64,000 nt of DNA from Acidobacteriota bacterium. GTDB taxonomy: Bacteria > Acidobacteriota > Blastocatellia > Chloracidobacteriales > JADJPF01. The DNA lies in the NCBI GenBank assembly GCA_016213785.1, contig JACQZQ010000108.1, positions 57,270-121,269 on the forward strand, in the 5' to 3' direction. How positions within the stretch are numbered: the first letter of the stretch is position 1; each line of letters starts with the position of its first letter. This document shows positions 1-10,007 of this stretch, piece by piece. A model generated the notes under the pieces. It was not told the DNA's origin. It ran no database searches and saw only the letters and a program-made list of their open reading frames with translations. The position numbers and the translations under genes were made by a program.

Positions 1-2885
1 TGATAGCCTTTAAGTATAGTCAAAGGTGTACGCATTTCATGAGAGGCTAAGATAACAAAATTTGTTTTCATTTTATCTAGTTCTTGGAGAGTGCGAGTAA
101 TTTCTTGTTCATTACGATAGAGTTTTTCCAGTTCACCATAAAGAGCAGCATTTTCAATAGCAACTGCGGCTTGATTGGCTAAAGCCTCTACAAGTTGGCG
201 ATCTAGTTTAGTAAATGGTGGACGATTATTTGGACGGCGGATATCTAAAACTCCTACAACTTTACCTGTACGAGTAATAATAGGAACATCCATAAAACCA
301 TTTTTATAGAAGCTTTTTAAATTATCAGGAAAGTCTAGTTCTTTTTGTGTTGGTTCATTTATAACTATGGCTTGTGCAGTAGCAACAGCTTGACCTGCAA
401 TTGTTTCCCCTACTGGAAAAGATAGTGGGTCATCTTCCCAGTGATCCTTTATCCATAGCCTATGAAATATTACTCTATTGCCTTCTACTAAGCCAATTCC
501 TCCAGCCTCAGCATTAATTAGATTAGCACTTTGTGCAGCAATATCTTGTAGGACTGTTTCTAAATCTAGTTGGGAGTTAATAACTTGAATACTTTCTAGG
601 AGTTGGCGCAGTCCAGTTATACGTTTTTGATATCTGATATTAAAAGAACGTATACGCCAAGCATAGACTCCATAAACAGATAAGACTATAAAAGCTACTA
701 TTAGTAATATAAACCACCAGGTTTGCCAATAAGGGGAAAGAATCCTTATTTTAACGGCTTTTGGCTCACTCCAAATACCAAAAACCGAAGAAGCTTTTAC
801 TAAAAAAGTATAATCACCTGGAGGTAGGTTAATAAACCTTGCCAGTCTCTCACTACTAGGTGTAGACCATTTATCATCAAGATTTTCTAGTAAATAACTG
901 TAACTTATTGCATCTTCATCAGTAAATGAGAAGGCTATAAAATCAAATTTTATTGTATTTTGGTTATAAGGTATAGAGTAATTAGGATTTAGACTTAGAC
1001 TTAAATCTTCATTACCAGCAGAAATACTAGTTAAATGAACTAATGGAGCTTTAGCCAAGGTAAGTTCTTCTTTAGGTTGATAGCGTACAACACCTTCAGT
1101 AGTGCTAAACCATAAACCATCACCTAAATTAGACTTAAGCCCATTAGTTATGCTATCGCTAATTAAACCTTGCTTAACTCTATAGCTAGTAAACTTTCTA
1201 CCATCAAAAGTAGAAATTCCCCTAAGAGTACCAATCCATAAAAGGTTATTATAGCTAGTAATAGCACGGACAGAATTATCAGAAAGGCCATCTTTTATTG
1301 TGTAATGCTTAAAAGTTTTTCCATCAAATTTACTAATTCCCCCAGCCATGCCTATCCATAAATTACCAGCTTCATCTTCATAAAAGCGATGTACATATTT
1401 ATTTGGCAAGCCTTCTTTAGTAGTGTAATTAGTAAAATTTGTCCCATCAAATCGGCTTAAGCCGCCTTCGGTGCAAATCCATAAATTACCTTTTTTATCT
1501 GTCCCAAAACCGTTAACTTGGTTTTTTACTAAACCTTTTTCAGTATCATAAAGAGTAAAACTACTATCATCATAAGCAACAATACCATTACTAGCAGAAC
1601 TATCTGAACCCATCCAAATACGGCCTAAAGCGTCTTCAGCAAAAACGCTTATCCGTGTTTTAAGACCAATTTTTGCTGAAGAAAAATTAGTAAAATGACC
1701 TTTATCATAAAAAGAAGCACCTTTATGGCCTCCTGTCCAAATTCTTCCTTTGCTATCAACAAAAACTGCCCAAAGCTCTTCTTCAACAAGTCCATCTTTT
1801 ATGCCATAAATTTTAGTTTGACCATCAGGACTAAGAGAAACAAGCCCTGAAATAAAAGAGGAAAACCATAGAGTCCCATCTTTAGATTGTGCTAAAGATG
1901 ATATAGTGCCTTCGCCTATACCATTGCTACTGGTGTAATTAGAAAATTTTTCACTTAAAAAATAAAAAACCCCACTACGTTGAGTTCCCCACCAAATATT
2001 ACCTTCATAATCTTCTGTTTGAGACGTAATAAAATCATCAGGAAGACCTTTTTTATGATTAAAGATGGTAAAAACACCTTTTTCTAGCCGATAAATTCCA
2101 CTTCCATAAGTTCCACACCAAACTCTTCCATATCTATCTACTCTTACAGAGCTAACTCTTTCAAGATTAGAACCATTAAATAATTGTGCCCTAAATTTTC
2201 CATCTTCAAAGTAATAAACCCCACCATTTGTAGCAACCCAAAGCCCTTTATTATTAATATCTTTAGCTAAATCAAAGATATTTTCATCAAGTAAGCCTTC
2301 TTTTGCTCCATAGTTAGTAAAAGTCTTACCATCAAATTTAACTAATCCTTTACCTCTTAAGGCAAGCCATAGCTCACCAGGCTTAGACTCTACTATTTTC
2401 CAAATAGGGCTAAGTGGTAAACCCTCATTAACACCATAATTAGTAAAACTTTTTCCATCATAGCGGCTTAAGCCTTTAGTAGTACCAAACCAAAGAGTAC
2501 CATCTTGACTACAAAAGCTTGACCGGATTTCATTTTCTGGTAAGCCATCTTTAGTAGAATAATTTGTAAAAACTTTTCCATCATAGCGGCTTACCCCTCC
2601 TCTAGTACTAAACCAAATATTACCTGATTTATCTTCTAGAATTGCCCTAACAGAATTATCAGCAAGACCTTGTTCTATGCTAAAAGATTGATATTTAATT
2701 CCATCATAACGGCTTACCCCATCATTAGTAGCAAACCACATATAGCCCTTGCTATCTTGCAAAATATAATAGATAGCATTATTAGGTAAACCGCTGCTAG
2801 TATTATAAACTTTGAATTTATAAATTTGTGCTTGTACTGAAGGAGTCAATAAAACTAGTAAAAGTATAGTTACGAGAGATCTCAT
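1..2885 (-). CDS. Sensor histidine kinase, partial (catalytic ATPase domain lies beyond the window start): signal peptide, two-component-regulator beta-propeller repeats, TM helix, GAF-like domain, HisKA H-box
   Basis: Absent from the ORF track because it runs off the window edge. ATG at 2885. I spot-translated three places (2885 downwards, about 779-600, 200-1) and all fall in the same frame. N-terminus MRSLVTILLLVLLTPSVQAQ looks like a signal peptide. It is followed by many repeats of the type GLPNN..I..ILQD..G.MWFAT..GVSRYDG. TM helix WWFILLIVAFIVLSVYGVYAW, then a GAF-like segment, then FVILASHEMRTPLTILKGY (phospho-acceptor His box) at 59-3. Confidence 0.85.
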   Translation of the reverse strand, partial: MRSLVTILLLVLLTPSVQAQIYKFKVYNTSSGLPNNAIYYILQDSKGYMWFATNDGVSRYDGIKYQSFSIEQGLADNSVRAILEDKSGNIWFSTRGGVSRYDGKVFTNYSTKDGLPENEIRSSFCSQDGTLWFGTTKGLSRYDGKSFTNYGVNEGLPLSPIWKIVESKPGELWLALRGKGLVKFDGKTFTNYGAKEGLLDENIFDLAKDINNKGLWVATNGGVYYFEDGKFRAQLFNGSNLERVSSVRVDRYGRVWCGTYGSGIYRLEKGVFTIFNHKKGLPDDFITSQTEDYEGNIWWGTQRSGVFYFLSEKFSNYTSSNGIGEGTISSLAQSKDGTLWFSSFISGLVSLSPDGQTKIYGIKDGLVEEELWAVFVDSKGRIWTGGHKGASFYDKGHFTNFSSAKIGLKTRISVFAEDALGRIWMGSDSSASNGIVAYDDSSFTLYDTEKGLVKNQVNGFGTDKKGNLWICTEGGLSRFDGTNFTNYTTKEGLPNKYVHRFYEDEAGNLWIGMAGGISKFDGKTFKHYTIKDGLSDNSVRAITSYNNLLWIGTLRGISTFDGRKFTSYRVKQGLISDSITNGLKSNLGDGLWFSTTEGVVRYQPKEELTLAKAPLVHLTSISAGNEDLSLSLNPNYSIPYNQNTIKFDFIAFSFTDEDAISYSYLLENLDDKWSTPSSERLARFINLPPGDYTFLVKASSVFGIWSEPKAVKIRILSPYWQTWWFILLIVAFIVLSVYGVYAWRIRSFNIRYQKRITGLRQLLESIQVINSQLDLETVLQDIAAQSANLINAEAGGIGLVEGNRVIFHRLWIKDHWEDDPLSFPVGETIAGQAVATAQAIVINEPTQKELDFPDNLKSFYKNGFMDVPIITRTGKVVGVLDIRRPNNRPPFTKLDRQLVEALANQAAVAIENAALYGELEKLYRNEQEITRTLQELDKMKTNFVILASHEMRTPLTILKGY

Positions 2886-3096
2886 AAAATGCAAATCCCT
2901 TCAGCACAAGAGTTAATGAGAAGTTGGCTCTTAAGTTTTAGAGCACAAGTTTTGTGGATAGAGTAAGAACTTTAAGAATTCTAAACCTAGCCTTAGAAAA
3001 AGCTGAGCTAGTTTTGTATATAGCCTTTTTAGAGCTAGATTTTAGTTTATAAGCTTATAAAAATTAAGATCAAAACATTTTTAAGTTTATCATTTA

Positions 3097-4596
3097 TTAT
3101 GGAGCATCTTTAGCACAACGAAAGCCTAAAGTTGTATCGCTACGTGTTGGTTCAATCCAATTTCTTGAATAAGTAGTTGCAACAGCTTTACCTTCTTTGT
3201 GCGATCCACCTCTTATAACTCTGTAATTATCTCCATCTGTTATCTTAAAAGGCGATCCAGGATAAGAAAGAGGTTTAGAGTCAGTCCATTCCCAAACATT
3301 GCCACTCATATCATAAAGTCCTGTAGGGCTTATACCTTTTAGAAAAGCACCTGCCGGTTTTATACCATCTTGGGCAGATTCTTTTGTATTAGCCTTAGTA
3401 TTATCCCAATCACTACCCCAAGGATAACGAGAATGGTCTTTACCACCAGCAGCAATTTCCCATTCTTCTTCAGTAGGAAGGCGTTTACCTGCCCATTTTG
3501 CATAGGCTTGAGCATCTGCCCAAGTTACTTCTGTAATAGGTTCTTTTCCATCTCCGCGATAGTTACCATTTACCCAAGACTCAGGAGCTTTATATTTTGC
3601 TTCTTTAATAAATTTTGCATACTCCTCTTTTGTTACTTCTCTGTTATCAATTAAAAAGGCTTTTATCTCAACTGTGTGAGGAGGTTTTTCCTTGTCTTCT
3701 CCTTCAGTACTACCTATAGTGTAAGAACCCGCAGGAATCTCTATCATTTTTAACTCAATAGGTGGATATTTAGGCAAGTCAGGTATTATAGGAGTTGGAC
3801 TTGCTGTTTTCTTAGGAGTCACACTTGCAGAGGGTGTAGGAGTTGGCGAAGTTGTTGCAATTGGCGGGGCTTCTCCGCCACTAAAAACAAAAAAGTATAA
3901 AACTACAATAACTAATACGCTTCCTAAACCTGCTAGAGCTTTAGTTTGATTATTTAATGGTATTTTCTGACCAAAGACTTCTATTGTCCCAGTTTGAGCG
4001 CTCTCTTGAGTTGCCTTATCTTTACCTTTAGTTTTTCCTTTTTTACTTTTACCCAAAAGCTCTTCTAACCCATCAGCCTCTATTTCTTCATCTAAAGAGC
4101 TTTTTTTACCAGCTTTACTTGGGGGCTTTGGTGGTGGTGGGGTAAATCTAGGCGCTTTGTTTTCTTGCGCAACTGCTTCAAAAGAAGGAACACTCGGTTT
4201 ATATTCACTAGGCGGAGTCTCATTATTAGTCTGAGACTCACCTGAAGGGGCTTGTCCTAAATTAAAATCAAAGGAAAAACTTCCTCGATCGGCTGTTTGA
4301 TCTGTGGATTGCTGATGGCTAGAAAACTCATCAGGATTAAATGGTGGGGCATTTTGTCCTCCTGATTTTGGTGGTTCGGCCTGAAATACCATTGTCTGCG
4401 CATTATCAAACATACTTCTAGTTAACATAATCTGGTTATAAGTTTGACAATGAGGACAGGTAAACCTGTGGTTATACTCAACAAAAGCAGGCCCAACACT
4501 CATCTTTATTAAATCTCTTACTTCTTGGGTACAACTACAGCATAAACAGACAAGCGACCAGCTTTCATCAGAAATTTTAATCAATGGTGATGACAT
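3097..4596 (-). CDS. Membrane-anchored zinc-ribbon protein with C-terminal FGE-sulfatase (SUMF1-type) domain
   Basis: Track ORF of 499 aa. Cys-rich N-terminus (CLCCSC...CPHC), a long Pro/Ser/Lys-rich linker and one TM helix (LAGLGSVLVIVVLYFFVF). The C-terminal domain has FGE-family hallmarks: YDMSGNVWEWT, RVIRGGS, LGFRCAKD. Confidence 0.8.
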   Translation of the reverse strand: MSSPLIKISDESWSLVCLCCSCTQEVRDLIKMSVGPAFVEYNHRFTCPHCQTYNQIMLTRSMFDNAQTMVFQAEPPKSGGQNAPPFNPDEFSSHQQSTDQTADRGSFSFDFNLGQAPSGESQTNNETPPSEYKPSVPSFEAVAQENKAPRFTPPPPKPPSKAGKKSSLDEEIEADGLEELLGKSKKGKTKGKDKATQESAQTGTIEVFGQKIPLNNQTKALAGLGSVLVIVVLYFFVFSGGEAPPIATTSPTPTPSASVTPKKTASPTPIIPDLPKYPPIELKMIEIPAGSYTIGSTEGEDKEKPPHTVEIKAFLIDNREVTKEEYAKFIKEAKYKAPESWVNGNYRGDGKEPITEVTWADAQAYAKWAGKRLPTEEEWEIAAGGKDHSRYPWGSDWDNTKANTKESAQDGIKPAGAFLKGISPTGLYDMSGNVWEWTDSKPLSYPGSPFKITDGDNYRVIRGGSHKEGKAVATTYSRNWIEPTRSDTTLGFRCAKDAP

Positions 4597-4633
4597 ACTC
4601 GCCCACCACTCCTATAAAAAATTTTAGTTCTCT

Positions 4634-4666
4634 AGAACTAGGATAAAACTATATTATCCTAGTTCT
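4634..4666 (-). terminator. Perfect 13-bp-stem hairpin between infC and the next gene (terminator or attenuator/operator)
   Basis: AGAACTAGGATAA-N7-TTATCCTAGTTCT, about 90 nt downstream of the infC stop and 38 nt upstream of the next ATG (4596). On the minus strand the U-run (AUUUUUUAU) starts about 11 nt after the stem, so this is not a textbook intrinsic terminator. Confidence 0.4.
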
Positions 4667-4756
4667 TTTACACTATTAGTTACCTTAAATAAAGGCTTTG
4701 CAGAAAATTTATAGCCATAAGAGTATTAATAAAAATATTCCTATGAAGTGGCCTAA

Positions 4757-5314
4757 TTATTTATGTTTGGGGCCAAAAATACTAAACATTACCATGCCTT
4801 CCATTTTTGGTTTTACCTCAATGGTGCCGCATTGGTTAAGATCTGCCTCTAGACGCTCTAAAAGCTGTTGCCCTATTTCTCTATGGGTAATTTCCCGACC
4901 ACGAAAACGTACACTAGCTTTTACCTTATCACCATCTTGAAGCATCCTTACAGCATTATTTTTCTTAAATTGATAGTCATGTTCATCAGTAGCAGGACGA
5001 AACTTTATTTCTTTAACTGTGACTGTTGTTTGTTTTTGTTTTGCAGCATGAGCTTTTTTCTTTTGCTCATATTGCCACTTACCGTAGTTAATAATACGAC
5101 ATACAGGCGGTTGGGCTTGTGGAGCAACTTCTACTAAATCTAGTCCTTTTTCTTTAGCAATATCTAAAGCCTGTTGGGGTGCCATAATACCTAGCTGTCC
5201 TCCATCCTCATCAATGACTCTAATTTCTCTAACACGAATACGGTCATTGATACGAACTTGAGGGAGTTTTTCTTGTTGACGTAGGGGACGTTTTTGAGTG
5301 TTATTAGTGCTAAT
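4757..5314 (-). CDS. infC: Translation initiation factor IF-3, with non-canonical ATT (AUU) start
   Basis: The track ORF begins at internal ATG 5185, but the frame stays open upstream to an in-frame TGA at 5320-5318. ATT at 5314-5312 sits 6 nt after AGGAGG (5326-5321). The extension encodes [42 protein letters not shown], which is the conserved IF-3 N-domain. The C-domain ([24 protein letters not shown]) is present. The product is 185 aa. Confidence 0.9.
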   Translation of the reverse strand: MSTNNTQKRPLRQQEKLPQVRINDRIRVREIRVIDEDGGQLGIMAPQQALDIAKEKGLDLVEVAPQAQPPVCRIINYGKWQYEQKKKAHAAKQKQTTVTVKEIKFRPATDEHDYQFKKNNAVRMLQDGDKVKASVRFRGREITHREIGQQLLERLEADLNQCGTIEVKPKMEGMVMFSIFGPKHK

Positions 5315-5781
5315 TTTTCACCTCCTATGGTTTCTTTGTTAATCTTTACCAAATTTATTACCAAACTTGGCCTCTTAAGTCTTACAAAAAATAATTAGAT
5401 CTTTTAGAAAAAGATCCTGTTAATTGCTACATATTAATATAATTTACTTAAAAAGTAGATATCTGGCCGACAAGAAATTAAAAGTTTTACAGATAAATAA
5501 AAAGTCTTCAAGAGCTTTTTGAATAAGATTTTCTTCAAGTAACATAGTATTCAACACCACAGCAAAGCATTAGGAGAACTCTTTCTAGCTCCTGGCTTGC
5601 TCGCCATAGAAATTTTAGCAGGTTATTAAAAGTTTCAATAACTTGTTTTGATTGGATAATTTGCATATAAAAGGAATGAAAGTCAATATTTAGCGCTATA
5701 ATAGCAAATTCTTTTTCCTAGCACAATCTTTTAACTTTAAGCTTTCTATTAACTATCATTACTGTTTGCATATCTTTAATT

Positions 5782-6588
5782 TTAATTTCTATTTTTTTCT
5801 GGATTAATAAAAAATCTTTGAATTATTTGATCTACTAAACTAGGAAAAAGAGCATTTAAAGCTAGCAATATCCTAATAGGCTTAAGCATCATTACTTCCG
5901 CTTTTGGTTTTTCAATTAAAGATACAATAGTATTTGCAACCTGTTCAGAGGTTTGTATTGGCCCGCTTAATGTAGCTTTTTTACCTATTTGTTTTTCTGC
6001 TAGATCAAAAAATTCTGTGGCAGTTACAATTGGACAAACAATTGATACTTTTATTGGACTCTCTAAAAGCTCCATTCTTAAAGCCTCAGCAAAAGATTGC
6101 ATAGCATATTTACTTACATTATAAGCCCCACCTGCATCACGAAAAACCCTCTTTGCAGCAACAGAAGATACCATAATAATATGCCCAGAGTTTTGTTTTT
6201 TCATTATTGGAAGTACTGCATTAGTTGCATAAAAAGTACCAAAAAAATTTACTTCCATTATATTATGCATATCCTCAGAAGTAGTATTTGCTAGTTTTAA
6301 GAAATGACCATAGCCTGCATTATTTACTAAAATATCGATTTTACCAAAATGCTTATTAGTATGTTCAACTAGCTGACTAACTTCTTTTTCAACTGCTATA
6401 TCAGCAACATAATAATCAACCTGCCCTCCACTACTACGCATTTCTTGGCAAGCCTTTACTAAATTATCCTTGCGACGAGCCGTAATCATTACCTTAGCAC
6501 CTTCTTTTGCAAGTACTTGTGCTAAAGCTAGTCCAATACCACTTGAAGCACCAGTAATTAAAACGACTTGCCCATTTGCTTTTCCCAC
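5782..6588 (-). CDS. Short-chain dehydrogenase/reductase (SDR) family oxidoreductase
   Basis: TGASSGIG dinucleotide-binding motif, NNAG, catalytic YxxxK (YNVSKYAMQ). GTG start at 6588, 5 nt after AAGGAGG. Confidence 0.85.
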   Translation of the reverse strand: MGKANGQVVLITGASSGIGLALAQVLAKEGAKVMITARRKDNLVKACQEMRSSGGQVDYYVADIAVEKEVSQLVEHTNKHFGKIDILVNNAGYGHFLKLANTTSEDMHNIMEVNFFGTFYATNAVLPIMKKQNSGHIIMVSSVAAKRVFRDAGGAYNVSKYAMQSFAEALRMELLESPIKVSIVCPIVTATEFFDLAEKQIGKKATLSGPIQTSEQVANTIVSLIEKPKAEVMMLKPIRILLALNALFPSLVDQIIQRFFINPEKNRN

Positions 6589-6849
6589 AAAAACCTCCTT
6601 ATAATTTAAGTATTAAAAGCAAAAATTAAGACTACTTTAGCTATTATTTTTAACTATGTTTAAAGTTTTTATGACAGAAGAAATAATTAATCTACTCCGA
6701 GCCTTACTAGTTGCTAGTACTATTATGATTGCTTTTAATACTATCTACCAACACACATCTATTAGTTTATTAGCTTAACATCTAATAATAAAACCTATAA
6801 AAATCTTTAAGCCTAGTGTATTAAGTGTTTAGTAGGTTATCCTTTTAGT

Positions 6850-7587
6850 TTACCTAGGTAAAAAATCCATTTCATTAAATATTTCTAGTAATGAGCATTT
6901 TTGTGAAGGTAAAGGTATATGTCCCATATTTTCTAGTACTTTTATCTTTGCACAAGGCATTTGGCTAGCCATAAATTCCGCTTCTAATACTGAGTTTTGT
7001 AACCGGTCCTCACGACCAGCAATAAAAAGTGTTTCTGTCTTAATTTGGTTTAATTTATCGCGAAAATCAAAACCTCTAATTAAATCCATTCTTCTTACTA
7101 CTGCTAATTTAGGTATTTTTGTGGTAATAGAGATAAACTCTTCCTTTTCTTTCTCTTCAAGGTCTTCTGCAAGCAACCCTAACCGTACTGCGGCGACTCT
7201 ACTTAGTTGTAGGAATTCATAAGGGGTAAACTCTAGTAATAACCGACCTGTAATAAAAAGTGTACGATTACGAAAGTAAGGAAAAGAATTAATAATAACT
7301 AAATTTTTTAGTAGCTTTGGATATGCTAAAGCAAACTGAAGTAAAATTGTTCCACCAAAAGACTCACCACATAGAGTTACTCTACCTTTATCAAGTTTTA
7401 GAATTAAATTTTCTAAATCTTCAAGCAAATCTTTATAAGTAAAATTGCCTGAATCACGTAAAGAGCAAGTAATTACAGTAAAATGCTTAGCCAACTCTCT
7501 TTCCTGTCTATAAAAAAGCGTCCCTGTACCGTCAAGACCTGGAACAAAGACTAAAGCTGGGCCAGCACCAGAAATTTTATATTTCAT
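6850..7587 (-). CDS. Alpha/beta-fold hydrolase
   Basis: 245 aa. Oxyanion-region VFVPGLDGTG, nucleophile elbow GESFGG (GxSxG), C-terminal His (NMGHIPL). Confidence 0.75.
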   Translation of the reverse strand: MKYKISGAGPALVFVPGLDGTGTLFYRQERELAKHFTVITCSLRDSGNFTYKDLLEDLENLILKLDKGRVTLCGESFGGTILLQFALAYPKLLKNLVIINSFPYFRNRTLFITGRLLLEFTPYEFLQLSRVAAVRLGLLAEDLEEKEKEEFISITTKIPKLAVVRRMDLIRGFDFRDKLNQIKTETLFIAGREDRLQNSVLEAEFMASQMPCAKIKVLENMGHIPLPSQKCSLLEIFNEMDFLPR

Positions 7588-7641
7588 ACAATTATGTAAT
7601 GTTATATTTAATGTTATATTTTAGGATTTTTAAAATTTAGG

Positions 7642-8262
7642 TTATGCTAAAGCAATAAAATTTTCTAATATTTTTTGAGCAGATTCTTCAGTAAAACGTC
7701 TATTATCTTCTTCATAAACCCAACTTACAGAATCTTTTATTTTAAATTTTTCCTCAACGGCAGCCCCACTTAAAATTAAGAATAATCTTGCTATAAGCTC
7801 AGGATGTTTTCTTTCTGATTGTTTTTCTTGCCAAATTTGTGCTCCTGCTATAGCACCAGAATCTCGAAAAATTGGTAAGTAGTTCCCTTCTATTAACTCA
7901 TAAGTAGCGACATCCACTTTTAAGAGTGGTAGGCTACCCCTTTGATAATCAACTCTTAGCCTTGTTCCATAAGATTCTCTCATTTGAAAACGAAAAGTTA
8001 TATCTGAGTCAACATTATAAGTAATAACCGAAGGGGTACGCTTACGAAAAAAACCTAAAAAACTTCCACCTCTTTCAGATTTTTCTATTTGATTACATAT
8101 CGCATCTACTTTGCTGGTAAATAGCTTAAACAAAATATTGGCGGCTTCTTTACGCGCATCTTCAGCAAATTTAGCTATTTGTGCTGATTTTGGATCTAAG
8201 ATTTTTTGGGGATCTGTAGATTTAATTTTCTCAGCTATTTCTTTTGCCCAATCATCCGACAT
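7642..8262 (-). CDS. Hypothetical protein (206 aa), no motif recognised
   Basis: Track ORF. AGGTGA lies 4 nt upstream of the ATG. This length is unlikely by chance in AT-rich DNA. Confidence 0.6.
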   Translation of the reverse strand: MSDDWAKEIAEKIKSTDPQKILDPKSAQIAKFAEDARKEAANILFKLFTSKVDAICNQIEKSERGGSFLGFFRKRTPSVITYNVDSDITFRFQMRESYGTRLRVDYQRGSLPLLKVDVATYELIEGNYLPIFRDSGAIAGAQIWQEKQSERKHPELIARLFLILSGAAVEEKFKIKDSVSWVYEEDNRRFTEESAQKILENFIALA

Positions 8263-8460
8263 ATAATCACCTATAAGATGTTAACAAAATACTAATAGAT
8301 TTTATTCTTAAGAAACACTCTGGTAACTTATGCTAATTCAATATATTAAAGATTATTAAAATATTTTTTTTAGCTTATATTAATATGCTTATTTGGCTTG
8401 TTTATTTAATAATAAAATGTTACCAAATACAAACTAAAATCCTAAATATTTTTTCTTACT

Positions 8461-9990
8461 ATGACCAGTGATCCTAAAGCAACGCTTGAGCAACAATATA
8501 AAACCCTAGTTACGCGTTTTAAGCAACTACATTGTGGGCAAGATGTACTAACTAAACTTGGTCATATTGCTACAGTAGGAACTAACACGATAGAATCCAA
8601 AATCTTTGGAGCCTTAAAAACCTTAAAACCCTTACTCTCTAGCGGGGATGCACTTACTCTAAATGCAAAACTAACAGCCATTGAAGGCTATTTGCGCGAT
8701 TACAATGGATGGCTAGAACAAGCTAATACTAGCCTAACCCCTTACGGTCTACGTCAATATATTACACAGGGTAATCTTAAGCATGATGACTTAATAGCGT
8801 TAGCTCGTTTCTTAATTACTCGAAAACCTGATTCAATAGATGATAGAGGTAAACTTGAGCTAACTCTTTCTGAACTCTGTAGAAATTTAGATGATATGGA
8901 TCAAGTTAAACTACTAAAAGATCTTTTTCCTGACTTTGATGAACTTACCTATGCAGCAACCGAAGCAATAAATCAACTACATTCGTTAATTGGTGAAATA
9001 GAAAACATAAAAGACTTTCCTCAATTAATCATAGGCGAATATTCAAATAGAGTACGTAGGATAAAAAACCATTTTAGTACAACAGCCTGGAATCCAAGGC
9101 TTTTACTTGTAATTAATGAACTTAACCAAGCTCTGGAAGAAGCTTTTAATCGTTTATTTAAGGCAGAAAAAAAATTTATTATTAATGCATCACAAAGGCT
9201 AATAAATTCTGGGATTAATTCTATTGGTAAATTAGGAGAAAGTGGGGTTCTAAATGTAGAAGCAGCAGCTCGTATGGCAGAAAAATGTGATGATATTTTG
9301 ACAGAAAACTACCAGACAAACCTACAACGACTTCAACAACTCTCCCAAGTAGGTCAATGGTTACGTCATGCAATGGAAGTGATAGAAAATCGGGATCAAG
9401 AAGAAACTCCAACAGCTATAGAAGAGCAAACTCAACCTAAAGCGCGTCCTCCAGCAGAACGAGACTCTAAACTAGCTCCTATTTCTACAGTTTTAGACTA
9501 TGCCAATATGAGTGCTTTAGAGCAACAAATCTCTGATCGTATGGAAGATTTAGCACAAATTTTAGTACAGCGTCCCCGCCGAGCTTCGGCAGAAGTGGTT
9601 CAACTTAAACGAACTACTTTACTCTTAGGCGGTTGGGAGGTTACGGCTCTAGCTTCTTTAGGTAATTTAGTTGCTTCTGCACATAAACATCAATATGACT
9701 TAATTCGTCGTGCTATTGCCTTAATAGCAGAGTTACAAGAAAGTGCTGTGGTTTTTACTGAAGGGATGTCTCAAAAAAAATCTAGTTATCAATATAGTGT
9801 GCCTGCAACAGTCTATTTTTTAGAACAAGCTCAACGTTGCCAAGGAGAATTAGAAACTTTTAGCCAAGTAGCACGCCAAAAAGGTGACACTGATTCAGCC
9901 TTAAATCTTTTAGTTACACGTAGTAAACTACAAGAAGCTTGTCAAAAAATGATAGGCCAATTTAAGGCTTTTGGTATGGATATTCAATAA
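8461..9990 (+). CDS. Hypothetical protein (509 aa), helical/coiled-coil-looking, no motif recognised
   Basis: A 1.5-kb open frame in AT-rich DNA. No obvious Shine-Dalgarno sequence, so the exact start is uncertain. Confidence 0.6.
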   Translation: MTSDPKATLEQQYKTLVTRFKQLHCGQDVLTKLGHIATVGTNTIESKIFGALKTLKPLLSSGDALTLNAKLTAIEGYLRDYNGWLEQANTSLTPYGLRQYITQGNLKHDDLIALARFLITRKPDSIDDRGKLELTLSELCRNLDDMDQVKLLKDLFPDFDELTYAATEAINQLHSLIGEIENIKDFPQLIIGEYSNRVRRIKNHFSTTAWNPRLLLVINELNQALEEAFNRLFKAEKKFIINASQRLINSGINSIGKLGESGVLNVEAAARMAEKCDDILTENYQTNLQRLQQLSQVGQWLRHAMEVIENRDQEETPTAIEEQTQPKARPPAERDSKLAPISTVLDYANMSALEQQISDRMEDLAQILVQRPRRASAEVVQLKRTTLLLGGWEVTALASLGNLVASAHKHQYDLIRRAIALIAELQESAVVFTEGMSQKKSSYQYSVPATVYFLEQAQRCQGELETFSQVARQKGDTDSALNLLVTRSKLQEACQKMIGQFKAFGMDIQ

Positions 9991-10007
9991 AATTCCCACC
10001 TAATCGC

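Noticed and set aside
3097-3400. Possible diversity-generating retroelement (DGR) target, since FGE/C-type-lectin-fold C-termini are typical DGR variable regions.
   Set aside because: The window has no reverse-transcriptase gene. I could not find a template-repeat copy of the 3' end of the gene in the flanking intergenic DNA (2886-3096) or elsewhere by eye.
4597-4756. Expected rpmI (L35) / rplT (L20) genes downstream of infC.
   Set aside because: Only 160 bp are available, and no small basic ORF is present on the minus strand.
5398-5416. AT-rich hairpin GATCTTTT-AGA-AAAAGATC as a terminator.
   Set aside because: The 8-bp stem is mostly A:T. It lies about 370 bp from the nearest upstream stop codon on the minus strand and has only a loosely placed T-run. 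That is too weak to call as a feature.
6671-6778. 35-aa hydrophobic mini-ORF (MTEEIINLLRALLVASTIMIAFNTIYQHTSISLLA) between the SDR and hydrolase genes.
   Set aside because: It has no Shine-Dalgarno sequence and no supporting evidence, and it is below any length at which chance can be excluded. It could only be tested by ribosome profiling.
7597-7620. Tandem 12-bp repeat TAATGTTATATT x2 immediately upstream of the hydrolase gene start.
   Set aside because: It is real in the sequence, but short, pure AT-rich and only two copies. It is most simply a slippage duplication in a promoter or RBS region, and I could attach no further structure or function to it.
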